A stretch of 64,000 nt of DNA from Gemmatimonadales bacterium (GTDB lineage Bacteria; Gemmatimonadota; Gemmatimonadetes; Gemmatimonadales; GWC2-71-9), in assembly GCA_035943095.1 (NCBI GenBank), contig DASZCN010000114.1:49170-113169 (forward strand), read 5' to 3'. Position 1 is the first letter of the stretch. Every line of letters begins with the position of its first letter. Positions 34,727 through 43,452 of this stretch are shown here, one piece after another. The position numbers and the translations under genes were made by a program. Below the pieces are notes generated by a model. It did no database searches and was not told the origin of the DNA. It saw only the letters and a program-made list of their open reading frames with translations.

Positions 34727-34746
34727 CGTCACAGGGAGGGCGTCAC

Positions 34747-36192
34747 ATGCGGCACGCGTGGTCAATGTTGCTCGTACTCACCAGTGCCTGTGCAGCAGGC
34801 GGCGCGCATCCCGCGCAGTCGCCCGCGCCCGCTCAGGCCGCTCCTGCCCCGGCCCCCGAAGCGACACCCGCCGTTTCCACGGCCGAGAGCATGAGCGTCA
34901 ACCGGCCCCAATATCCGTCCACATACCAGCGCCATCCCAATCCACCGGTCTTGATCCGCAACGCCACGATCATGACCGCCACGGGTCAGGAAATCCCGAA
35001 CGGCGCCATCCTGTTCAAGGACGGGCGCATCGTGGCGGTCGGTACCAAGGTGGACCCGCCGACGGGCGCCGTGATCGTGGACGGGACTGGCCGCTACGTG
35101 ACACCGGGCTTGATCGACGATCACTCGCACTTGGGCGTTTACGCCGCGCCTGGAACCGACGCGGAGTCCGACGGCAACGAGGCGACGAACCCCGTGACCG
35201 CCGAGGTATGGGCCGAGCACTCGTTCTGGCCTCAGGACCCCCAGATTCCCCTGGCGATCGCGGGCGGGATCACGACGATCGAAGCATTGCCGGGGTCGGC
35301 GAACCTGATCGGCGGTCGGAGCGCGATTCTGAAGCTGATCCCGGCGCGCACGGTGCAGGAGATGAAATTCCCCGGCGCGCGCTACGGGTTGAAAATGGCC
35401 TGCGGCGAGAACCCCAAACGCGTGTATGGGAAGAAGGGCGGGCCGTCCACGCGAATGGGGAACATGGCGGGGTACCGTGCGGCGTTCATCCAGGCCGAGG
35501 CGTACCGGCGTCGCTGGGACGCGTGGAACAAGGACCACAAGGGCGATCCCCCGGAGCGGAACCTCCGGCTGGAGTCGCTGGCCGAAGTACTCCGCGGCAA
35601 CATGTACGTGCAGAACCATTGCTACCGCGCCGACGAGATGGCAGAGATGCTCGATCTGGCGCGCGAGTTCGGCTTCAAGATCCGATCATTCCACCACGCG
35701 GTAGAGTCCTACAAGATCGCCGACTTGATCGCGAAGGCAGGAACATCAGTCTCCGTATGGGCGGACTGGTGGGGCTTCAAGGAAGAGGCAATGGACGGCA
35801 TCCGGCAGAACGCTGCGCTCAACCAGCAGGCCGGCGGTCGTGTGGTGATCCACTCCGACGACCCCAGCGGCATCCAGCGTCTCAACCAGGAGGCGGCCAA
35901 AGCGATGTACGCGGGCCAGCGGTCGGGCATCCCCATCACGCGCGACCAGGCCATTCGCTGGGTCACGGCGAACCCGGCGTGGACGCTCGGGCTCGATTCA
36001 GTCGTGGGGACGCTTGAGCCCGGCAAGATGGCGGACGTGGTCGTCTGGTCCGGGGATCCGTTCTCCGTCTACTCGAAGGCGATACAGGTCTATAACGACG
36101 GCTGGCTGCTGTACGACCGGAACGATCCGGCGCACCAGCCGCGCACCGACTTTGAGATCGGCCAGGAGCCTGCACCCGGGAGCGACCGATGA
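34747..36192 (+). CDS. amidohydrolase family lipoprotein
   Basis: 481 aa with lipobox LTSAC, the metal motif LIDDHSHLG, HSDDPSGIQRL, and a composite beta-sandwich N/C domain. Confidence 0.88.
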   Translation: MRHAWSMLLVLTSACAAGGAHPAQSPAPAQAAPAPAPEATPAVSTAESMSVNRPQYPSTYQRHPNPPVLIRNATIMTATGQEIPNGAILFKDGRIVAVGTKVDPPTGAVIVDGTGRYVTPGLIDDHSHLGVYAAPGTDAESDGNEATNPVTAEVWAEHSFWPQDPQIPLAIAGGITTIEALPGSANLIGGRSAILKLIPARTVQEMKFPGARYGLKMACGENPKRVYGKKGGPSTRMGNMAGYRAAFIQAEAYRRRWDAWNKDHKGDPPERNLRLESLAEVLRGNMYVQNHCYRADEMAEMLDLAREFGFKIRSFHHAVESYKIADLIAKAGTSVSVWADWWGFKEEAMDGIRQNAALNQQAGGRVVIHSDDPSGIQRLNQEAAKAMYAGQRSGIPITRDQAIRWVTANPAWTLGLDSVVGTLEPGKMADVVVWSGDPFSVYSKAIQVYNDGWLLYDRNDPAHQPRTDFEIGQEPAPGSDR

Positions 36193-37397
36193 TCGCGTTC
36201 TTGCTCGCGCAGACCATCGCCATCACGGGCGGGACCGTCTATCCCGTGTCCGGTCCCAAGCTCACGAATGCCACGGTCCTGATTCGGGACGGGCGGATCG
36301 CCGCGGTGGGCACGAACCTCTCGATTCCCTCGGATGCGACGCGGATCGACGCCACAGGCAAGTGGGTCACGCCGGGCCTGATCGACGGTGCGGGTCAGTT
36401 GGGGTTGGTCGAGATCGGCGCGGTGCCGGGCACCCGCGAGGCCAGCCTACGGGGGGACACGATCGCGGCGGCCTTCAACGTCGCGGAGGGCATCAACCCT
36501 GCGTCCACGCTCATCCCGGTTACCCGGATCGAAGGAATCACGACGGCCCTCGCCGTGCCCACCGGCAACCTGGTGAGCGGTCAGGCGGTGCTGATCGACT
36601 TGGACGGCGCGACCATCGAACAGATGGTGGTGAAATCTCCGGCCGGGATCGTCGCCGACCTGTCCGAGAGCGGCAAGGAGGACGCCGGCGGCTCGCGGGC
36701 CGGAACCGCGGCGCGCCTGCGCCAAGTATTCCGCGACGCGCTCGAGTATGAGCGACGCAAGGCCGACTTCGGCCGGGCGCAACTGCGCCCGCTGTCGGCC
36801 TCGGCCGGGGACCTCGAGGCGCTGCTGCCCGTGCTGCACGGCCGGGTTCCCCTCATCGCCTTCGCCAATCGACGCAGCGACCTCGAGACCGCGTTGCGGC
36901 TCGCAAAGGAGTTCAAGCTCAAACTGGTGCTTGCAGGCGGCGCCGAAGGCTGGGAGGTCGCTCCCGAGATCGCGGCGGCCGGGGTGCCTGTGCTGGTCGA
37001 GCCATTGGACAACATCCCGAGCTACGACGCGCTCGGCATCCGTTACGAGAACGCCGCGCTGCTGGCGAAAGCGGGCGTGACCGTCGCGCTGCTCGAGACC
37101 GACACGCACCAGTCGCGCAACCTGCGGCAGCAGGCGGGCAACGCGGTCGCGTATGGCATGACGTGGGACCAGGCGCTCCACGCGGTGACGATCGCTCCGG
37201 CGCAGATCCTCGGCGTCGCGGACCGCTACGGCTCGCTCGAGGCCGGCAAGGTCGCGAACGTGGTGGTGTGGTCGGGTGACCCCTTCGAGTTCACGACCGG
37301 GGTGGAGCACGTGCTGATTCGGGGGAAAGAGATTCCGCTCAAGAGCCGGCAGACGGAGTTGTTCGAACGCTACAAGAAGCTGCCACCAAGCTACTAG
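36189..37397 (+). CDS. amidohydrolase family protein (second, partner type)
   Basis: 402 aa, coupled by ATGA. It has [14 protein letters not shown] and [10 protein letters not shown], with no HxH in that position. Confidence 0.85.
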   Translation: MIAFLLAQTIAITGGTVYPVSGPKLTNATVLIRDGRIAAVGTNLSIPSDATRIDATGKWVTPGLIDGAGQLGLVEIGAVPGTREASLRGDTIAAAFNVAEGINPASTLIPVTRIEGITTALAVPTGNLVSGQAVLIDLDGATIEQMVVKSPAGIVADLSESGKEDAGGSRAGTAARLRQVFRDALEYERRKADFGRAQLRPLSASAGDLEALLPVLHGRVPLIAFANRRSDLETALRLAKEFKLKLVLAGGAEGWEVAPEIAAAGVPVLVEPLDNIPSYDALGIRYENAALLAKAGVTVALLETDTHQSRNLRQQAGNAVAYGMTWDQALHAVTIAPAQILGVADRYGSLEAGKVANVVVWSGDPFEFTTGVEHVLIRGKEIPLKSRQTELFERYKKLPPSY

Positions 37398-37657
37398 GCG
37401 GTCACCTTCGGATACACGCTCACGCGATACCGCTTCTTGTTCTTGTGCTCGAATTTTACTTGTCCGTCCACCACGGTGAATAGGCTGTCGTCGGACGCCC
37501 GGCGGACGTTCAGCCCCGGATGAAATTTGGTCCCGCGCTGCTTCACGAGAATGCTTCCAGCCGTCACGAACTCTCCGGCGAAGCGCTTCACCCCGAGGTA
37601 CTTGGGCCCCGAGTCGCGCCCGTTGCGCGAGGAGCCGACACCCTTCTTGTGAGCCAT
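37394..37657 (-). CDS. rpmA: 50S ribosomal protein L27
   Basis: 87 aa starting [16 protein letters not shown], with GTKFHPG. Confidence 0.97.
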   Translation of the reverse strand: MAHKKGVGSSRNGRDSGPKYLGVKRFAGEFVTAGSILVKQRGTKFHPGLNVRRASDDSLFTVVDGQVKFEHKNKKRYRVSVYPKVTA

Positions 37658-37667
37658 GGCTGTCTAC

Positions 37668-37988
37668 TCAGTCCTTGAGCTTGACGTCAGCGATTTTGAC
37701 TTCGGTGAAGGGCTGCCGGTGGCCGGCATGGCGGCGATAGCCGCTGCGCCGCGCGAATCGATAGATCTTGATCTTCGAGCCCTTTCCGTGGCGCACCACC
37801 TCGGCCGTGACCTTCGCGCCCTTGAGCACCGGCTTGCCGGCCTGGACCTGCTTGCCGTCGCTTGCGAGCAAGACACGGTCGAACGTCACCTTTGTCCCCG
37901 GCTCGGCGGCGAGGAGCGGGATCTTGATCGTGATCCCCGGCTCGGCGCGGAATTGCGCGCCACCGGTGGAAAAAATGGCGTAGGACAT
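37668..37988 (-). CDS. rplU: 50S ribosomal protein L21
   Basis: 106 aa starting MSYAIFSTGGAQF, with HGKGSKIKIYRFARRSGYRRHAGHRQ. Confidence 0.97.
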   Translation of the reverse strand: MSYAIFSTGGAQFRAEPGITIKIPLLAAEPGTKVTFDRVLLASDGKQVQAGKPVLKGAKVTAEVVRHGKGSKIKIYRFARRSGYRRHAGHRQPFTEVKIADVKLKD

Positions 37989-38026
37989 TGGGCCGGAACG
38001 CTAATCTGGGCTTACGGTTCGGTCAA

Positions 38027-38094
38027 GGGAGCCGGGAGCCGGGAGCGGTACCCTCCGCTGCATCGGACGGGACCGCTCCCCGCTCCCTGCTCCC
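38027..38094. repeat. long hairpin of GGGAGC(C) units between rng and rplU
   Basis: gggagccgggagccgggagcggt (38027-38049) pairs with accgctccccgctccctgctccc (38072-38094) over 23 bp with 2 mismatches and a 22-nt loop. It begins 3 nt after the rng stop. Confidence 0.75.
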
Positions 38095-38097
38095 GTC

Positions 38098-39669
38098 TTA
38101 CGCGACCGCGTACAGCTCCGTCACGTCCCGGCCCGCCGGCTTGGCCATCATCCGGAACTCATCCAACCGCATCATTGGATCGTCGCGCACCTCGAGCTCG
38201 AGGCCCGTCTGTTTCTCGAGCTGGCGCAGGAAGTTGGGCTCCTGCTCCACGAGATAGAGAGCGACATCCGGATGGAGGCGCACGGCCAGCTGGCGCTCCT
38301 TGTGGTCAGCCCCGGCTCGCTTGAGCGAGCGTTCCATGCGGCGCACGACCACCTCGGGTCGGAACACGCGTCCCGTGCCGTGGCAGGTGGGGCATTCGGC
38401 CGTCATGGAGTGCCACAGCGACGGCCGCACCCGCTGGCGGGTCATCTCGATGAGTCCGAGCTCCGAGACGGCGAACGCCTTGGTGCGCGCCCGATCCCTT
38501 CCCAGATGGGTCCGCAGCTCCTGCAACACCTTGTCGCGATTGCCGCGTGACTCCATGTCGATGAAGTCCACCACGATGATGCCACCGATGTCGCGCAGCC
38601 GGAGCTGGCGCGCCACCTCCCGGGCGGCCTCGACGTTGGTCTTCAAGATGGTGCTCTCGGGATCCTTCTTGCCGGTGTAGCGCCCCGTGTTCACGTCGAT
38701 CGAGACGAGCGCCTCGGTGGGCTGGATGATCAGGTAGCCTCCGGTGGGCAGCTCGACGCGCGGCTTGAAAAGGCTCCGGATTTCGGCTTCGATGTCATAC
38801 TCATCGAATAGCGACGTCTCGGCCTGATAAAACTTCACGCGCTCCAGCAGATCGGGCTCGATCTGCTTCAAGTACTGCACGATCTCATTGTGCAGGACCT
38901 TGGAATCGACGAGGAGGGAGTCGACCTTGTCGGAGAAAAGGTCACGGATGATGCCGCGCGTGAGCGACGTCTCCTGCTGGAGCAGGGCCGGTGGGCGCAC
39001 GGAGCCCGACTTGCGCTTGATCTTCTTCCACAAGCCGAAGAGGTGATCGATCTCCCGCTTGCAGCTCTGCTCCGTCAGATCCTCCGCCACGGTGCGGATG
39101 ATCCAGCCGCCCGAGCCCGGCTCCTTGGGGACGAGCTTCGAGACCATGTCGCGCAGCTTGGCGCGCTGGTCCCGATTCTCGATTTTTCGGGAGACCCCCA
39201 CCTTGGAGGCGAAAGGCATATAGACCAGGAACCGGCCGGCGAGCGAGATCTGCGCGGTGACGCGCGGACCCTTGGTGCCCATCGGCTCCTTGATGACCTG
39301 GACGATGCGGGCTTCGCCGCGCTTCAGCTCGTCCGCGACGTTCGGTAGGCGGCGCCGAGAGAGGCGGTTGCCACCGTTGCCGGCGCCGCCTCCCCCATTG
39401 CCGTTTTCGTCTTCGTGGTCGGACGGCTCTTCGTCGTCCTCCGCCTCGATCAGGTCGGAGGCGTGGAGAAAGGCGCTCTTTTCGGCGCCGATGTTGACGA
39501 AGGCCGCTTGTATCCCCGGAAGCACGGCCTCGACCGTGCCGAGGTAGATATCGCCCACCATACGGCGGGCGTCGGGACGATCCACCAGGAGCTCAACAAG
39601 GCGGTCGTCCTCCAGGATCGCGACGCGCGTCTCGCGCGCGCTCCCGCTGATGAGAATTTCCCGTTTCAA
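38098..39669 (-). CDS. rng: ribonuclease E/G family protein (Rng/CafA-like)
   Basis: The track ORF is 38098-39813. I favour TTG at 39669 (LKREILIS..., GAGGGA upstream) but the start is uncertain. It has the S1 domain VGDIYLGTVEAVLPGIQAAFVNIG, VDFIDM and CPTCHGTG. Confidence 0.88.
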   Translation of the reverse strand: MKREILISGSARETRVAILEDDRLVELLVDRPDARRMVGDIYLGTVEAVLPGIQAAFVNIGAEKSAFLHASDLIEAEDDEEPSDHEDENGNGGGGAGNGGNRLSRRRLPNVADELKRGEARIVQVIKEPMGTKGPRVTAQISLAGRFLVYMPFASKVGVSRKIENRDQRAKLRDMVSKLVPKEPGSGGWIIRTVAEDLTEQSCKREIDHLFGLWKKIKRKSGSVRPPALLQQETSLTRGIIRDLFSDKVDSLLVDSKVLHNEIVQYLKQIEPDLLERVKFYQAETSLFDEYDIEAEIRSLFKPRVELPTGGYLIIQPTEALVSIDVNTGRYTGKKDPESTILKTNVEAAREVARQLRLRDIGGIIVVDFIDMESRGNRDKVLQELRTHLGRDRARTKAFAVSELGLIEMTRQRVRPSLWHSMTAECPTCHGTGRVFRPEVVVRRMERSLKRAGADHKERQLAVRLHPDVALYLVEQEPNFLRQLEKQTGLELEVRDDPMMRLDEFRMMAKPAGRDVTELYAVA

Positions 39670-39900
39670 AGCAATTTCCCTCGATCCCGTTCGGCCAACA
39701 GCCGGTCGGGATCCCGCGATTGTACCAGCAAGAACTCTTTCCGAGTGTATAGACTGAGGATGCGTCGAACCGATTGGACGGGTCGTCCGTGCGCGGCGCG
39801 CGGATGGCGCCACGGAGCGCGGACAGGCCCAGAACCCAATGCATCCCTAAATATAAGTGGGCTTGCGACTTACGTCAACTGCTTCGAGATTACCAGGCAA

Positions 39901-42039
39901 ATGACCACTTCACCGATCCGATTTTTCGCAGCGGGGGTCCTCCTGACCGGCATGTTCACGAGCGCGCCCGGCCGGGCGCAGACGCTCCAGTACCCAAGCG
40001 CTCGCAAGAGCGACGTCGTGGACGACTACCACGGCACCAAGGTCGCCGATCCGTATCGCTGGCTCGAGGATCCCGATTCCCCCGAGAGCCGCGCCTGGAT
40101 CGACGCCGAAAACCGCCTCACCAACGCCTACCTCGCCGGAATCACGTCGCGCGGCGCCATTCGGGACCGGCTCACGAAGCTGTGGAACTATCCCAAGTTT
40201 GGCGCGCCGTTCCGGAAGGCGGGACGCTACTTCTTCTTCAAGAACGACGGGCTCCAGAACCAGTCGGTGCTGTACAAGCAGGCAGCCCTCTCCGCCAACC
40301 CCGAGACGCTGCTCGATCCGAATCTTCTGTCCGAAGACGGCACGGTCGCGCTCTCAACCCTGGCGGTTTCGGACGACGGGCGTCTGCTCGCCTACGGAAC
40401 GGCGGCGAGCGGCTCCGACTGGGAGGAGTTCCGCGTGCGCGACGTCGCCACGGGAAAAGACCGGGCCGATCATCTCAAGTGGATCAAATTCTCGGGCGCC
40501 TCGTGGACCAAGGACGGCGCTGGGTTCTTCTACAGCCGGTATCCGGAGCCCACGGACAAGGCGCTTACCGACGTCAATCGGTTTCAGAAGCTCTACTACC
40601 ACCGGTTGGGCACCGACCAGGCGCAGGATGTGCTCGTCTACGAGCGGCCCGATCAGCCCGACTGGGGCATGAATGCCCTAGTCACCGACGACGGTCGCTA
40701 CGCAGTGCTGAACGTGTGGCTCGGCACCGACCGGCGGAACCGGGTCTACTACCTCGATCTGAAGAGCGCGAAACGGCCGGCGGTAAAGGGAGATGTGGTA
40801 CGGCTGCTCGACGACTTCGACGCGAGCTACGGGTTCGTCGGGAACGACGGGCCCGTGTTCTACTTCCTCACGGATTTGGACGCTCCCCGCAAGCGCGTGA
40901 TCGCGATCGACACGCGTCATCCCGAGCGTGCACGGTGGCGGGAGGTAATCGCTCAGGGCACTGATGTGCTCGAAGGGGTCCAGATTATCCACGACACGTT
41001 CGTGGCCAATTACATGCATGATGCAGCGTCGCGGCTACGGCTGTTCGGCCTCGACGGCCACATGCTCAAGGACCTCGAGCTACCCACGCTGGGCTCGATC
41101 GGCTCGATCACCGGGGAGCGGAAGGACGACGAGATGTTCTATGCATTCACGTCGTTCCTGTATCCGACCACCATCTTTCGCTATGACTTCCGGAGCGGCA
41201 CCACCAGCGTGTTCAAGGCGCCAACCATCGACTTCGATCCGTCAGGGTACGAGACGAAGCAGGTGTTCTATACGAGTAAAGACGGCACGCGCGTGCCGAT
41301 GTTCATCACGCACAAGAAAGGGCTGGCGCTCGACGGATCCAACCCGACCCTGCTGTACGGGTACGGCGGCTTCAATATCAGCCTCACGCCCAGCTTCTCC
41401 GTGGCCAATCTCGTGTGGCTCGAGATGGGTGGCGTTTATGCCGTGCCGAACTTGCGGGGCGGCGGCGAGTACGGCGAGGAGTGGCATCAGGCGGGCATGC
41501 TCGAGCGGAAGCAGAACGTGTTCGACGACTTCATCGCCGCGGCGGAATTCCTGATTGCCGAGCGCTACACCTCTTCCCAGAAACTCGCCATCGCCGGCGG
41601 ATCGAACGGAGGCCTGCTCGTAGGCGCCGCGATGACCCAGCGGCCGGACTTATTCGGTGCGGCGCTGCCCGCCGTGGGCGTGATGGACATGCTCCGGTTC
41701 CACAAGTTCACGATCGGCTGGGCCTGGGTGACGGACTACGGGTCGGCGGACAGCGCGTCGCAGTTCCCCTATTTGTACAAGTACTCGCCGTTGCACAACA
41801 TCCGGCCGGGCACCACGTACCCTCCCACGCTCGTTACGACGGCCGATCACGACGATCGCGTGGTGCCGGGGCACTCGTTCAAGTTCACGGCGACGCTTCA
41901 GGCGGCCCAGGCGGGGCCCGAACCGGTGCTGATCGAGATCGAGACCAAGGCGGGGCACGGCGCGGGCAAACCGACGAGCAAGATCATCGAGGAGCAGGCG
42001 GACCGGTTCGCGTTCTTGGTGAAAAATCTAGGAATGTAA
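39901..42039 (+). CDS. prolyl oligopeptidase (S9A)
   Basis: ATG at 39901 inside track ORF 39415-42039. It has a signal peptide, DPYRWLED, the catalytic IAGGSNGGLL, and the His in AGHGAGKP. Confidence 0.93.
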   Translation: MTTSPIRFFAAGVLLTGMFTSAPGRAQTLQYPSARKSDVVDDYHGTKVADPYRWLEDPDSPESRAWIDAENRLTNAYLAGITSRGAIRDRLTKLWNYPKFGAPFRKAGRYFFFKNDGLQNQSVLYKQAALSANPETLLDPNLLSEDGTVALSTLAVSDDGRLLAYGTAASGSDWEEFRVRDVATGKDRADHLKWIKFSGASWTKDGAGFFYSRYPEPTDKALTDVNRFQKLYYHRLGTDQAQDVLVYERPDQPDWGMNALVTDDGRYAVLNVWLGTDRRNRVYYLDLKSAKRPAVKGDVVRLLDDFDASYGFVGNDGPVFYFLTDLDAPRKRVIAIDTRHPERARWREVIAQGTDVLEGVQIIHDTFVANYMHDAASRLRLFGLDGHMLKDLELPTLGSIGSITGERKDDEMFYAFTSFLYPTTIFRYDFRSGTTSVFKAPTIDFDPSGYETKQVFYTSKDGTRVPMFITHKKGLALDGSNPTLLYGYGGFNISLTPSFSVANLVWLEMGGVYAVPNLRGGGEYGEEWHQAGMLERKQNVFDDFIAAAEFLIAERYTSSQKLAIAGGSNGGLLVGAAMTQRPDLFGAALPAVGVMDMLRFHKFTIGWAWVTDYGSADSASQFPYLYKYSPLHNIRPGTTYPPTLVTTADHDDRVVPGHSFKFTATLQAAQAGPEPVLIEIETKAGHGAGKPTSKIIEEQADRFAFLVKNLGM

Positions 42040-42045
42040 GCGAAA

Positions 42046-42126
42046 GGTTAGGGAGATTGGGGGAGGTTGGAGGAGGTTGCGACGTACCTCCCCCAACCTC
42101 CGAAACCTCCTCCAACCTCCCAAACC
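42046..42126. repeat. GGAGGTTGG/CCAACCTCC palindromic element (probable bidirectional terminator)
   Basis: The G-rich arm is ggttagggagattgggggaggttggaggaggt, the centre is tgcgacgt, and the C-rich arm is acctcccccaacctccgaaacctcctccaacctcccaaacc. The inner 16-bp stem has 1 mismatch and the outer ~16-bp stem has 3. The element fills the convergent gap. Confidence 0.8.
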
Positions 42127-42134
42127 TTCTTCAG

Positions 42135-43355
42135 CTAGTCGACGAGATCTCCCAGCAGCTGCCTCGCAATCACGATTCGCTGGATCTCACTCGTCCCCTC
42201 CCCGATCTCGCAGATCTTGGCGTCGCGCATCATGCGCTCGACCGGGTAGTCGGTGGTGTAGCCATAGCCGCCGTGCAGCTGGACCGCCTTGGTGGTGGCG
42301 CGCATGGCGAGCTCCGAAGCGTAGAGCTTGGCCATCGCGGCCTCCTTCTTGAACGGCCGGCCCTGCTGCTTGAGCCACGCGGCGTGGTACACGAGGTGTG
42401 TGGCCGCCTCGATCTCGGTGGCCATGTCGGCGAGCGCGAAGTGGACGCCCTGGAAGGCGGCTATCGGCTTGCCGAATTGCCGCCGAGTCGTCGTGTAGCG
42501 CAGGCACTCTTCGAGCGCGCCTTCCGCGATCCCTAGCGCCAGCGCGCCCAGACCGATTCGGCCACCGTCGAGCGTATGGAGGAACTGCCGGAACCCATTG
42601 TTCACGGGTCCCAGGACGTTTTCCTTGGGGACGATCGCGTCCTGGAAGACCAGCTCGCGCGTATCCGACGCCCGCCAGCCGAGCTTGTCCTCCTTTTTCG
42701 CCGCCGCTACGCCGCGGCACTTGGGGAGAGAGGCCTCGTGGCCGACCCCGACGCGCTTCGCTTCCTCGAGGTCGGTCGTGTCCTTCGTGACGATGAATGC
42801 GGTGATCCCGTGCGTTTTCTGCGCTGCGGGATCGGTGCGGGCGGTCACGACGAAGATCTCGCCGACGCCGGCGTGGGTGATGAAGATCTTCGAGCCGTTC
42901 AGGACGTAGTGATCCCCCTGCTCTTCCGCCATCGTGCGGGTGCCCCCGGCATCCGACCCGGCGCCCGGCTCGGTGAGGCCGAACCCGCCCAGCACTTTGC
43001 CAGCGGCGAGCAGCGGCACGAATCTCCTCTTTTGCTCATCCGTTCCAAAATCCACAATGGGCGACGTGCCGAGCGTCGTGTGGGCGCTGATCGTGATGGC
43101 GTGGCTCGCATCGACCTTGGCGAGCTCGTGAATCACCATGATGTATGACAGGTAGTCCATGCCGCTGCCGCCCAAATGCTCTGGCCAGGGAATACCGAAC
43201 AGCCCCAGGTCGGCCATCTGACGCACGTTGTCCCACGGGAACGTGCTGTCGAGGTCGTGGCGACGGGCGCTGGGCTTCACGACCTGTTGCGCGAAGTCGC
43301 GCACCATGTCGCGCACTTGGAAATGATGATCGGTGAAATAGAGGGAGTCGTGCAT
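42135..43355 (-). CDS. acyl-CoA dehydrogenase
   Basis: 406 aa with [24 protein letters not shown] and [15 protein letters not shown]. Confidence 0.93.
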   Translation of the reverse strand: MHDSLYFTDHHFQVRDMVRDFAQQVVKPSARRHDLDSTFPWDNVRQMADLGLFGIPWPEHLGGSGMDYLSYIMVIHELAKVDASHAITISAHTTLGTSPIVDFGTDEQKRRFVPLLAAGKVLGGFGLTEPGAGSDAGGTRTMAEEQGDHYVLNGSKIFITHAGVGEIFVVTARTDPAAQKTHGITAFIVTKDTTDLEEAKRVGVGHEASLPKCRGVAAAKKEDKLGWRASDTRELVFQDAIVPKENVLGPVNNGFRQFLHTLDGGRIGLGALALGIAEGALEECLRYTTTRRQFGKPIAAFQGVHFALADMATEIEAATHLVYHAAWLKQQGRPFKKEAAMAKLYASELAMRATTKAVQLHGGYGYTTDYPVERMMRDAKICEIGEGTSEIQRIVIARQLLGDLVD

Positions 43356-43376
43356 GGGTTAAATCTAGTTACACGT

Positions 43377-43448
43377 TTGCACGACGGCACGTTATCAGGG
43401 GGCACCAGGTAGTGGACGTCGGGCAACGTGCCGTCATGTGTCGTGCAA
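43377..43448 (-). terminator. bulged hairpin immediately downstream of ppc (terminator or operator candidate)
   Basis: ttgcacgac+ggcacgtt (43377-43393) pairs with aacgtgcc ... gtcgtgcaa (43425-43448), which carries a 7-nt bulge. It ends 4 nt after the ppc stop. There is no clear T-tract. Confidence 0.35.
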
Positions 43449-43452
43449 CGCC

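Noticed and set aside
32528-34765. 745-aa minus-strand ORF
   Set aside because: It is antisense to the M16 peptidase gene and has low-complexity Arg/Gly/Glu composition.
42046-42126. Possibility that the GGAGGTTGG repeats are CRISPR arrays
   Set aside because: The units are only 9-10 nt, are directly abutting with no unique spacers, and are arranged as inverted arms. No cas genes are present in the window.
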